Below, one piece after another: positions 31,520 through 40,800 of a DNA stretch of 64,000 nucleotides. Origin of the DNA: an uncultured cyanobacterium (GTDB lineage: Bacteria > Cyanobacteriota > Cyanobacteriia > Phormidesmidales > Phormidesmidaceae). Position 1 is the first letter of the stretch. Every line of letters begins with the position of its first letter. The notes beneath the pieces were generated by a model that did not search any database, was not told the origin of the DNA, and saw only the letters and a program-made list of their open reading frames with translations. The stretch lies in contig CAWBZI010000001.1 in assembly GCA_963793265.1 (NCBI GenBank), forward strand, positions 512,001 to 576,000. Direction: 5' to 3'. The position numbers and the translations under genes are program-made.

Positions 31520-31817
31520 GTCAAGACAGAATTTTTAATTTTTCAGCCTAAAAGTATGAACTTTCTTAAAAAAGCCTCAGATCCATACAAATTCAAGGTT
31601 TCTTGTGTTCAGATTGCGCAAGTAACCCTTAGAATGGGGCAGTAAAATTATGAGGTTTCAAGGGTTTCAGCGATTGCCCCTGCAATCGTTTTCCTCGCCC
31701 TCATAAAAACTTTAAGTTCTGCCATCAGGCAATGTGTAGTCCCTCACTGAACTCTAACTAGAGATCATTTAACTAGAGATTCAAGTAGTCCAAATCATCA
31801 CTCTTAAGGAGATAAGC

Positions 31818-32102
31818 ATGAATAAAGGTGAACTCGTTGATACCGTTGCAGAAAAGTCATCTGTTACCAAAAAGCAAGCCGACGCTGTGATTTCGGCGGC
31901 TGTAGAGTCCATTATGGAAGCCGTGTCTAAAGGTGAAAAGGTGACGCTAGTAGGATTTGGCTCGTTTGAGCCTAGAGCCCGTAAGGAGCGCGAAGGACGC
32001 AATCCTAAAACTGGCGATACGATGGTGATTCCGGCTACCACGGTGCCTGCTTTCTCTGCGGGTAAACAGTTCAAGGAAATGGTGGCTGGTAAAAAGAAGT
32101 AA
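31818..32102 (+). CDS. hup: DNA-binding protein HU
   Basis: MNKGELV...LVGFGSF...GRNPKTG...PAFSAGK; AAGGAG RBS. Confidence 0.97.
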   Translation: MNKGELVDTVAEKSSVTKKQADAVISAAVESIMEAVSKGEKVTLVGFGSFEPRARKEREGRNPKTGDTMVIPATTVPAFSAGKQFKEMVAGKKK

Positions 32103-32126
32103 GTCTTTTTATCTCAGGCGCATTTT

Positions 32127-33248
32127 ATGTACAGACCCGTTCATGGTGGCAATTTAGCCTGGGCTGCTAGGCTCGCTAACTGTGCCCCTCATGAGCTTCT
32201 CGATTTTTCAGCTAGCATCAGTCCGCTTGGGCCGCCTCACTCTGTACTTGAGGCGATCCGAGCGGCTTTTTCGTTGTTGCCTGCTTACCCTGATACGGAG
32301 TATGGCGAGCTGAAAGCAGCGATCGCACACCATCACAACGTCCCCATCAATTATGTCACGCCCGGCAATGGCGCTGCCGAGCTGATTACCTGGGCCGCCC
32401 GCGATTTGGCTGAAATAGACGGCGCTTGTTTTCGGCTAGCACCTGCATTTAGTGACTACGATCGGGCTCTGAGTGCTTTTGGTTGCAATAGTCCTACCGA
32501 TATTGCTCTGGTTGATTCAAAAGGGTGGAATCTGGAAACTTGGGACGCTAAATTTTTAAGGGACGCGCCCAGTGAGGTGAAGCTTGAGCGTCGAGGATTT
32601 TTACTAAATAATCCTCACAATCCTACAGGCGCTATCTTTTCAAGGGAGCGGTTGCGCCTTCTGCTATCGCAATTTGGGCGGGTAGTAGTAGATGAGGCGT
32701 TTATGGATTTTGTGCTGCCGGAGCGATCGCAAAGTGTAATCGACTGGGTGCATGAGTTTCCTAATCTGGTAGTGCTGCGATCGCTCACGAAGTTTTACAG
32801 TATGCCAGGGCTACGATTAGGCTATGCGATCGCGCAACCCAAAACCCTCCAGCGCTGGCAGCAGTGGCGCGACCCGTGGTCAGTAAACGTGCTCGCCGCA
32901 GCCGCAGGGGTGGCCGCCCTGCAAGATACTGACTTTCAACGGCAAACGTGGGACTGGCTCGCTGGGGCTAACCCGCAGCTTTTTACTGGACTCTCGGCAT
33001 TATCGGGCCTAGAGCCATTGCCGAGCTGTGCCAACTTTTTACTGGTGGCCTGTGACGTTTCAGCGACGGCTTTGCAAGCTGAATTGCTTAAGCGGCATCG
33101 GATCTATATTCGCGACTGTATGAGCTTTGAGGTGTTGGGCGATCGCTACTTCCGCGTAGCTATCAAAACCACCCAAGATAACCAGCGCTTACTCTCGGCT
33201 CTAGCTAACGTGCTGCCAGATTTGCCCAAGGTTAGCCATGTCAGTTGA
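32127..33248 (+). CDS. cobD: L-threonine-O-3-phosphate decarboxylase (PLP-dependent)
   Basis: HGGN, DFSASI, GNGAAELI, NNPHNPTG, DEAFMDF, RSLTKFYSMPGLRLGY. Confidence 0.9.
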   Translation: MYRPVHGGNLAWAARLANCAPHELLDFSASISPLGPPHSVLEAIRAAFSLLPAYPDTEYGELKAAIAHHHNVPINYVTPGNGAAELITWAARDLAEIDGACFRLAPAFSDYDRALSAFGCNSPTDIALVDSKGWNLETWDAKFLRDAPSEVKLERRGFLLNNPHNPTGAIFSRERLRLLLSQFGRVVVDEAFMDFVLPERSQSVIDWVHEFPNLVVLRSLTKFYSMPGLRLGYAIAQPKTLQRWQQWRDPWSVNVLAAAAGVAALQDTDFQRQTWDWLAGANPQLFTGLSALSGLEPLPSCANFLLVACDVSATALQAELLKRHRIYIRDCMSFEVLGDRYFRVAIKTTQDNQRLLSALANVLPDLPKVSHVS

Positions 33249-34674
33249 TTACGATGTGGTTGTTTTAGGGGGCAGTATTGAAGGGCGAATCGCTGCGACC
33301 TCTGCGGTTAGATATGGCGCGCGGGTGGCGCTTGTAGAACCGCCCGGCCTGTTTGAGCAGCGGCAGCAAAAGCGATATTTGCTCAGGGCCTTACAGCAAT
33401 TGAGCCGCATCAAACAAGGGCAGCAGGTGGCTCAGTGGTTTGCCCAAAATGCGAGTCCTGAGTCTGAGTGGGACTGGCCGAGTGTTTTGCAGTGGAGTGC
33501 AGTTGCAGCAAAAACTCAAGACCCAGAGCTTTCGCTCGCTGTGATGAACGCGAGCGGTGTAGATGTGGTGTCAGAGATGCCTGAGCGGCTATCTCACAAG
33601 CTCGTAGTAACAACAGCTACCAGGCGGCTGACGGCTCGGGGCATCGTCGCAGCATTTGGGACTGTATCGTCGCCCATATTTTCAGAAGCGAACCCTCAGA
33701 CGCCTTTCGTAACAGGAATAGACCCACTGCTGAATGCGAAAAGCCTACCTGAATCACTCGCGATTTGGGGTCATTCTCCTGAAGCCGTGATGTGGGCTCA
33801 ACTGCTGAGTTTGGCAGGGGTGAAAGTGCAGCTGATCGGTGAGGCTTTTTTACCCTACGAAGATTGGGATATGAGTCGGTTGTTGCGATCACAGCTCATC
33901 GCAATGGGCATCAACATTCTTACCCCTGCTGATATCCCGCCGGGATCAATAGACAGACTACTAAACAGCTCACTGCATTTTGGCCCCGGTCAACCAGCGC
34001 TAACTTTACCCGACTTTATCTATCGCAGCCGCGACGCAGCTACCGACTATCAACAGCGCACTGAAGCAGCCTACCTCTATTCAAACAAGCGAGTGCAAAC
34101 GCAGCATCCTCGGATCTTTGTTTGCGGCTCCTTAACAGATGGCTTTCCAATGCACGAGGCAATGGCGGTGGCTCAAGCCCGGCTGGCGATTCAAAACGCG
34201 CTATTTTTACCCACAGCAAGAAGGCGGCATACGATAGTTTCTGAAGACTACGATCGGTTTGGCCGAGTAGGGCAAGCGCCAAAATTCGCGATAGAAGGTC
34301 GCGCGCCTAGAGGGGATGAACGCTTTCACTTTGGCAGTGCTAACGACTGGCAGGTGTGGACGGCGAGTAGCTCCAACAGCGCTAGCTTGAGCCAGGTTAG
34401 TCCGGGGCCTCTATACTGCAAACTCATTTGCTATGAAAAGCGGTTGCAGAGTATTCATCTGGTCGGTGAGGGGGCAGGTGAGCTGTTGGCAGGGCCGATG
34501 GCAGGAATGATTGGGCGGCCTATCAAGTTTGTGCAGAGTCAACTGCCTGGGACGGGGGGGCTGGTTGATGTGGTGGGAGAGGCGGTGAGGCGATCGCAAC
34601 ATTCAAAATGGCAACCGGGCCAATGGCGACGAGACTGGGCCGAAAATTGGTTCAACTGGCGGCGTAGCCGATAG
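33238..34674 (+). CDS. Divergent pyridine nucleotide-disulfide oxidoreductase homologue
   Basis: DYDVVVLGG..GARVALVE start, VQTQHPRIFVCG, C-terminal WRRDWAENWFNWRR; canonical catalytic motifs missing. Confidence 0.7.
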   Translation: MSVDYDVVVLGGSIEGRIAATSAVRYGARVALVEPPGLFEQRQQKRYLLRALQQLSRIKQGQQVAQWFAQNASPESEWDWPSVLQWSAVAAKTQDPELSLAVMNASGVDVVSEMPERLSHKLVVTTATRRLTARGIVAAFGTVSSPIFSEANPQTPFVTGIDPLLNAKSLPESLAIWGHSPEAVMWAQLLSLAGVKVQLIGEAFLPYEDWDMSRLLRSQLIAMGINILTPADIPPGSIDRLLNSSLHFGPGQPALTLPDFIYRSRDAATDYQQRTEAAYLYSNKRVQTQHPRIFVCGSLTDGFPMHEAMAVAQARLAIQNALFLPTARRRHTIVSEDYDRFGRVGQAPKFAIEGRAPRGDERFHFGSANDWQVWTASSSNSASLSQVSPGPLYCKLICYEKRLQSIHLVGEGAGELLAGPMAGMIGRPIKFVQSQLPGTGGLVDVVGEAVRRSQHSKWQPGQWRRDWAENWFNWRRSR

Positions 34675-34689
34675 GTCTTGAATGCACCA

Positions 34690-35292
34690 TTAAGCTCTGC
34701 CATCAAGAACCTGAGCGACTGATAGATTCAGGGAGGGAAAGACAACCGATTGAATCGTCTGCGGTCTTCGATAGATTTTTCCTTGATAGGCACCCTCTTC
34801 TAAGATCAGTGCGGTTATCTGCTGTTGATGACAATCAATAATCCAATATTCAGGAATTTGCCACCATCCGTACTGCTGTCGTTTCCATTCGTAATCGCGG
34901 CGGTAGTTATCGCTGCGTTCATTGCCAGGGCTAACCATCTCAGCGACAAAAGCAGGCGGAGGCATCCCAAAAAGAATGGCGCTCTTTTTGAGGTTTGCCA
35001 TCAGCTCGATATGTTCTGGCCGAAGCACAATGACATCAGGCTCACGATTTACCCTGCGATCGCCAACCGGATGAACCTGTATTTCTGTAGACGAGTCTCT
35101 GACCAGTTCTCTCGGCGTAACCACCTGCTTGAGCAAATATTCCAGCTCGCCTGCTGCTCGAACGTTATTCTCATCCTCTGGCGGCAATGCAATAACCTCT
35201 CCACTATTAAGCAATCGAAACTTCCCGTCTGACCCGAAGTCAGCGGCTAAATACTCTTGATAGCTTTTGTAGCGTACAGGTGTGTAGGTCAT
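34690..35292 (-). CDS. Uma2-family endonuclease-like protein
   Basis: REPDV, VAEMVSPG, RDYEWKRQQY..IPEYWIID; start moved to ATG 35292. Confidence 0.9.
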   Translation of the reverse strand: MTYTPVRYKSYQEYLAADFGSDGKFRLLNSGEVIALPPEDENNVRAAGELEYLLKQVVTPRELVRDSSTEIQVHPVGDRRVNREPDVIVLRPEHIELMANLKKSAILFGMPPPAFVAEMVSPGNERSDNYRRDYEWKRQQYGWWQIPEYWIIDCHQQQITALILEEGAYQGKIYRRPQTIQSVVFPSLNLSVAQVLDGRA

Positions 35293-35353
35293 TGAATACT
35301 GAGCTTGGATACAGCTTAGCGTCAGCCCCGATTGTATCAAGATAAAAGCTACA

Positions 35354-36025
35354 TTACACGCGGGCGATTGTAACGGCTTCAGGCTGATCTTGATACTTAC
35401 CACGTCTAGTCTCGTAGCTCACTTCGCAAGGCTCACCTTCTAAAAACAGCAGTTGCACAACGCCTTCGTTAGCGTAAATGCGGCAGTCGGCGCTAGAGGA
35501 GTTAGAAAATTCTAGGGTGAGGTAGCCGCGCCATCCGGCTTCGGCGGGGGTGAGGTTGGCGATGATGCCGCAGCGGGCGTAGGTGCTTTTGCCAATGCAG
35601 ATGGTGGTGATATTGTTCGGCATTTGCAGGCGCTCTAAGGCAACGCCAAGGCCGTAGGAATGGGCTGGCAAAATGAAGTAGCTGCCGTTATCACCGTGCT
35701 TTAGCTTAGCGGGCTCTAAGTTTTCGGGGTTGAAGTTTTTGGGATCAATGACGGTGCCGGGCACATGGCGAAAGATGCGGAACTCATTGGGTGATAGGCG
35801 GATGTCATAGCCGTAAGAGGACAGGCCGTAGCTGATGACCGGGGTTTGGTGGCCTAATTGAGCGCCAGATTCTCGAGTACCAGATCCTTGAGCAACAGTT
35901 ACTCGCTCGCCGGGCCTTTGAATAATCGGCGTAGACAGCTCTGCTTTGCGAATAAGTGACGGTTCAAAAGGCGCAATCAGTCCCTCTCTAGCGGCTGCTT
36001 TGATCCACGCATCATTTTTGATCAT
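35354..36025 (-). CDS. dcd: dCTP deaminase
   Basis: ISYGLSSYGYDIRL, GKSTYARCG, TLEFSN, YANEG, KYQDQ. Confidence 0.95.
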   Translation of the reverse strand: MIKNDAWIKAAAREGLIAPFEPSLIRKAELSTPIIQRPGERVTVAQGSGTRESGAQLGHQTPVISYGLSSYGYDIRLSPNEFRIFRHVPGTVIDPKNFNPENLEPAKLKHGDNGSYFILPAHSYGLGVALERLQMPNNITTICIGKSTYARCGIIANLTPAEAGWRGYLTLEFSNSSSADCRIYANEGVVQLLFLEGEPCEVSYETRRGKYQDQPEAVTIARV

Positions 36026-36043
36026 TTTCCTGCACTCGTTTTT

Positions 36044-36613
36044 TTAAACGACGTAATTACGACGAAACTCTGTAACCTGATCGGCAACGGCCAATAGCGA
36101 TTCGGGCATTTGTGGCCCGGTCAAAATGACTTCTACGTGGGAAGGTCGCGTTTTTAGCAGGTTCAAAAGCTCGTTTTCTTTAATTAGACCAAAGTCGATC
36201 GCCAAACTCAGCTCGTCAAGCACAACTAAGCCGTATTTACCTTCGTTAACAGCGGCCTGTGTGTACTGCCACAGAGCAAGTAGGGCGGCTTGCGTGGCGG
36301 GAGAAATATTTGGGCCGTTGATGCACTCTAAGCAGTCGCAGCGAATCCAGGAAAGATTCTGGCCCATTTGAGTTGGATAATCGGGGCCTTGATTGATGCC
36401 GCCTTTTAAAAACTGGACGACTAAAACAGGTAGGCCCTGCTCAGCTACGCGCGTAGCTTGAACCATCACGTTAGTGAAGAAAGTGCGGTGCTGCGAGGTG
36501 AATACTTGAACGGTGCCTTCGATGGCGCGAAGCATAGGGTGGCGGTGAGCCGAGCACAAGGGGCCATCGGGAATTGCTCTAAGCTGTGAAACTATGGGGC
36601 GCTGTGAAACCAT
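36044..36613 (-). CDS. CobO/BtuR-like corrinoid adenosyltransferase homologue
   Basis: VVQFLKGG, VVLDEL, VILTG, ADQVTE; P-loop degenerate. Confidence 0.75.
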   Translation of the reverse strand: MVSQRPIVSQLRAIPDGPLCSAHRHPMLRAIEGTVQVFTSQHRTFFTNVMVQATRVAEQGLPVLVVQFLKGGINQGPDYPTQMGQNLSWIRCDCLECINGPNISPATQAALLALWQYTQAAVNEGKYGLVVLDELSLAIDFGLIKENELLNLLKTRPSHVEVILTGPQMPESLLAVADQVTEFRRNYVV

Positions 36614-36827
36614 AAAGCCAGAACTGTAGAGCGAAGGAAGGAATGGAAAAGCTGTAAAACTTAATCGGCCAGCTTTCGTTGTAGCTAAATATAGCGTAGT
36701 TAGTGCGTTTGACTATAAATAATACGCTACATGTCGCAGGTGATCGCCCAAACCTTTCAGGAATTCTACCAACCCTGTGCGGTACGCTAATGCTGATTGA
36801 TATTAAGCATTCTCCCTCAAGGCCCCT

Positions 36828-37538
36828 ATGGTTTGGCAACGCCCTGATAGCCGACAGCCCGATGAGCTACGACCTATTAAGTTTGAACGACAATTCACGC
36901 GATATGCCGCTGGTTCTGTGCTAGCTCACTGCGGCAATACGCAGGTGATCTGTACGGCTTCGGTGAGTGAGGGGGTGCCTCGGTTCTTAAAGGGGTCGGG
37001 GCAGGGCTGGCTGACGGCAGAGTATCGAATGCTGCCGGGGGCGACGCATACGCGCAAGTCGCGTGAGTTTATGAAGCTGTCGGGGCGTACGCAGGAGATT
37101 CAACGGCTGATTGGGCGAAGCCTGCGAGCGGCAATAGATATGGATGCTTTGGGTGAGCAGACAATTACGATTGATGCCGATGTGATTCAGGCGGATGGGG
37201 GGACAAGGACGACAGCGATTACGGGGGCCTATGTGGCGCTTGAGGATGCGATCGCTCACCTGATCAAAGCAGGCACACTTTCTACCTCACCCCTACGCCA
37301 CCAAATCGCCGCGATCTCCGTGGGCCTACTCGAAGGCGATCCCTTTTTAGATCTCAACTATCCCGAAGACTTCGCTGCCGACATTGACTTCAACGTGGTG
37401 ATGAACGAAAAGCTTGAATTTATTGAAGTGCAGGGCACAGCGGAGGCCGGTAGCTTTACCCGCAAACAGCTTGACGCCATGCTCGACTACGCCGAGAAGG
37501 GGATCGGTGAGGTGATGCAGTTGCAAAAACGGTCTTAG
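36828..37538 (+). CDS. rph: Ribonuclease PH
   Basis: [41 protein letters not shown]. Confidence 0.97.
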   Translation: MVWQRPDSRQPDELRPIKFERQFTRYAAGSVLAHCGNTQVICTASVSEGVPRFLKGSGQGWLTAEYRMLPGATHTRKSREFMKLSGRTQEIQRLIGRSLRAAIDMDALGEQTITIDADVIQADGGTRTTAITGAYVALEDAIAHLIKAGTLSTSPLRHQIAAISVGLLEGDPFLDLNYPEDFAADIDFNVVMNEKLEFIEVQGTAEAGSFTRKQLDAMLDYAEKGIGEVMQLQKRS

Positions 37539-37675
37539 CAGAGAGTTAGATGGGGGTTAGATGGGGGTTAAATTCCCCTAGCCCTTGCAATCTATCGGTC
37601 GTCAAGGTTGGTATAACTCGCTAGAAGTGCTACATTCCCACCATCACCAATGCGGCATTTTTTACCGTTTTCCAT

Positions 37676-39187
37676 ATGGCCAAGGATCTGCGAGATTTTC
37701 TAAAAAAAGTTAAAGCACGGGGGCAGTTGCGAAACGTCAGCGCGCTTGTAGATCCGAACCTGGAGATTGCCGAGATTTCTAATCGGCTGCTGCAAGCGGG
37801 TGGCCCGGCGGTGCTGTTTGAGAATGTGAAGGGATCGCCCTATCCGGTGGTGGTGAACCTGCTCGGGACGGTAGAGCGGGTGTGCTGGTCGATGGGGATG
37901 GAGCGCCCCGAAGAGTTGGAAGTACTGGGCAAAAAGCTCGGGATGTTACAGCAGCCAAAGCCGCCTAAAAAGTTTTCGCAGGCGATTGACTTAGGCAAGG
38001 TGCTCTTTGATGTAGTGAAAGCTAAGCCCTCGCGAGACTGGCTACCGGCCTGTCAGCAGGTTGTGCAGCTCGATGAGCAGGTGGATCTCACTAAAATTCC
38101 GATGATTCGGCCCTATCCCAAAGACGGCGGCAAGGTAGTGACACTGGGGCTGGTGATTACGAAGGACTGCGAGACGGGTGTGCCGAATGTAGGCGTATAT
38201 CGCTTGCAGCTTCAGGGTCGGAACACAATGACGGTGCAGTGGCTTTCAGTGCGGGGCGGGGCGAGGCACCTGCGGAAGGCGGCTGAGCGCGGGAAGAATT
38301 TGGAGATTGCGATCGCGATCGGCGTAGATCCTCTCATCATTCTCGCCGCAGCCACGCCGATCCCTGTAGACCTTTCAGAATGGCTATTTGCAGGACTCTA
38401 TGCGGGCAAGGGCGTCTCACTTGCCAAGTGCAAAACCGTGGATCTGGAAGTGCCTTCAATGTCGGAGTTTGTGCTAGAAGGCACGATTACGCCGGGTGAA
38501 ACGGCAGTCGATGGCCCATTTGGCGATCATATGGGCTACTACGGTGGCATTAACGACGCTGCCCCGCTCATTCGCTTTCACTGTATGACGCACCGCAAGT
38601 CTCCGGTGTATCTCACAACCTTTAGCGGCAGGCCGCCTAAAGAAGAAGCAATGATGGCGATCGCACTCAACCGCATCTACACGCCCATCCTGCGTCAGCA
38701 GGTCACCGAAATTGTAGACTTCTTCCTCCCGATGGAAGCGCTCAGCTACAAAGCCGCCATTATCTCTATTGACAAATCCTATCCGGGCCAAGCCCGCCGT
38801 GCCGCCATGGCCTTTTGGACGGCGCTGCCACAGTTCACCTACACCAAGTTCGTAATCGTCGTCGATAAAGACATCAACATTCGCGATCCGCGTCAGGTGG
38901 TATGGGCCGTCACCTCCAAAGTTGATCCCATTCGCGACGTATTTATCCTGCCAGATAGTCCATTCGACTCGCTGGACTTTGCCAATGAGCGCTTGGGCTT
39001 AGGGAGCCGTATGGGCATAGACGCAACGACCAAAGTGCCGCCCGAAACCGAGCATGAATGGGGCGAACAGCTAGAGTCCGATCCGAACATGGCAGAGCTA
39101 GTAAGCCGCCGCTGGCGAGAATATGGCCTAGACGATATTAGGCTCAACGAGGCTAATGCCAACGTGTTTGGCTACGACATCCGTTAG
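37676..39187 (+). CDS. ubiD: UbiD-family prFMN-dependent decarboxylase
   Basis: GPAVLFENVKG, NVGVYRLQ, GPFGDHMGYY, GRPPKE, MGIDAT. Confidence 0.95.
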   Translation: MAKDLRDFLKKVKARGQLRNVSALVDPNLEIAEISNRLLQAGGPAVLFENVKGSPYPVVVNLLGTVERVCWSMGMERPEELEVLGKKLGMLQQPKPPKKFSQAIDLGKVLFDVVKAKPSRDWLPACQQVVQLDEQVDLTKIPMIRPYPKDGGKVVTLGLVITKDCETGVPNVGVYRLQLQGRNTMTVQWLSVRGGARHLRKAAERGKNLEIAIAIGVDPLIILAAATPIPVDLSEWLFAGLYAGKGVSLAKCKTVDLEVPSMSEFVLEGTITPGETAVDGPFGDHMGYYGGINDAAPLIRFHCMTHRKSPVYLTTFSGRPPKEEAMMAIALNRIYTPILRQQVTEIVDFFLPMEALSYKAAIISIDKSYPGQARRAAMAFWTALPQFTYTKFVIVVDKDINIRDPRQVVWAVTSKVDPIRDVFILPDSPFDSLDFANERLGLGSRMGIDATTKVPPETEHEWGEQLESDPNMAELVSRRWREYGLDDIRLNEANANVFGYDIR

Positions 39188-39334
39188 CCGTTCGTGAGAT
39201 TAACCATTCCTGAATCTGTTCTTCAAGGCATATGACAGATAGCCAAGAGCGCGACAATACTTAAGCTGTATAAGATGGGCTGATTCTATGCACTGGCCCA
39301 TTTTTTGCTATTTGCTTATTCGGCGCTGGTGCCC

Positions 39335-40624
39335 ATGGAACCCAAGATAATTTTGTATGTCGTTTTTGGTTTGGCGCTGCTGGGGTTTACCTGGCTGCCC
39401 AGTATCAAAGGCGCTAAGTTCATCAATGTGCCGCTGCTGTATTCTTTGCTCGCAGTCTTCTTATTTAGCCAAATTTCGGACTTGCCGCTGCTTGATCCGA
39501 TTAATAACAAAACGCATACCGTCGTCACCGAGTATGTCACTGAGCTGATTGTGATTCTCTCTTTAGCGGGCGCTGGGCTGGCTATTGACCGACGCTTTCG
39601 CCTGCGTACCTGGCAATCTACGCTCAGGCTGCTGTGCATATCAATGCCTATTTGCATTTTTGCAGCGGCTTTTTTAGGCCATCAAATATTTGGATTGCCC
39701 TTAGCAGACGCGGTTTTGTTAGGCGCTTGCCTTGCCCCGACCGATCCGGTAATGGCTCATAGCGTACAGGTTGGCCCACCTAACAAAGGCGGCGAAGATC
39801 CGGTGCGCTTTAGCCTGACCACTGAGGCTGGTTTGAACGATGGTTTGGCCTTCCCGTTTGTTTACCTGGCAATTCGGCTAGCAGAGCATAACGGTACTTT
39901 TGGCAGCTGGTTGGTGGGCTGGACGGCCTACGACTTCATTTTTCGAGTGGTCATGGGTACCGCCGTTGGCATTGGGATCGGCTGGCTGCTGGCCCATTAT
40001 GCGCTTCGGGTTTCGGATGAGACAGTGCGCGAGCAAACCCGCGAAGGGCTATTTGTGGTGTCGGCTATCTTTTTGGCATACGGGATTGGGGAGGCGCTGC
40101 ACGGCTATGGATTTTTGGCGGTGTTTGCGGCGGCGGCTTCTAGTCGGCAAAATATTGATAAGCACAATGACTACTACGCCAAGCCCTATCAGTTTGCAAC
40201 GCAGTTAGAGCGGATTTTTTCAGGGCTGCTACTGATTGCATTAGGTGGCTTTGTCGCCAGCGTAGATATGGGCATGTTGAACTGGCGAAACTTCTTGTTT
40301 GCGGCACTCTTTATGCTGTTAGTTAGACCTATCTCAGGACTGCTCGCACTGATTGGCATGAGGTTTTCCTGGCTGGAAAGAAACTCAATTTCCTTTTTAG
40401 GCATTCGAGGCTTTGGCTCTTTTTACTATCTGGCCTACGCGCAAAACCACGCTACGTTTGAGAACATGACGCTGCTGTGGAGTATTACGACGCTGACGGT
40501 GCTGATATCGCTGTTGCTTCATGGCAACACGGCAACGCTGGCAATGAACTGGATAGATGAACAGCAACGAGCTGATCGTAAGAGCCGGAGCAAGCAAAGG
40601 CGTAAAGGGCTTGCCTCGAAGTGA
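39335..40624 (+). CDS. Cation:proton antiporter (CPA1/NhaP-like)
   Basis: LAPTDPV, EAGLNDG, FLGIRG, about 12 TM segments; start taken at ATG 39335. Confidence 0.9.
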   Translation: MEPKIILYVVFGLALLGFTWLPSIKGAKFINVPLLYSLLAVFLFSQISDLPLLDPINNKTHTVVTEYVTELIVILSLAGAGLAIDRRFRLRTWQSTLRLLCISMPICIFAAAFLGHQIFGLPLADAVLLGACLAPTDPVMAHSVQVGPPNKGGEDPVRFSLTTEAGLNDGLAFPFVYLAIRLAEHNGTFGSWLVGWTAYDFIFRVVMGTAVGIGIGWLLAHYALRVSDETVREQTREGLFVVSAIFLAYGIGEALHGYGFLAVFAAAASSRQNIDKHNDYYAKPYQFATQLERIFSGLLLIALGGFVASVDMGMLNWRNFLFAALFMLLVRPISGLLALIGMRFSWLERNSISFLGIRGFGSFYYLAYAQNHATFENMTLLWSITTLTVLISLLLHGNTATLAMNWIDEQQRADRKSRSKQRRKGLASK

Positions 40625-40800
40625 AGTCTCCCACCGCTGAAAGCGGGGGCTTCTTAAGACTTAGCGCTTAACTGGGTGTTCGTCTTAAGATTTCCTGGTT
40701 ATTCGTTGTTGCCAACGGTTGCACCACTTACCTAGCGTTGATAAGACGCCCCAGCAGATCGATTGCTCAGGCAGTTTCCATTATCCCGATATTCCACGGG
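40601..40800 (-). ncRNA. Predicted TnpB omega/reRNA with flank-derived guide (5' limit approximate)
   Basis: Hairpin-rich 146-nt gap between tnpB stop and right end (TCTTAAGAC...GTCTTAAGA stem, terminal hairpin); location inferred from known TnpB biology. Confidence 0.6.

Noticed and set aside
24664..35292. The two Uma2 genes as a defence system
   Set aside because: Uma2 paralogues are abundant and scattered in cyanobacteria; these are 9 kb apart with no partner genes
35293..35403. Uma2 N-terminal extension overlapping dcd
   Set aside because: It overlaps the dcd 3' end; the Uma2-like sequence starts at MTYTPV (35292)
35846..35941. Intein in dcd
   Set aside because: Too short and lacks the N-terminal C/S and C-terminal HN splice motifs
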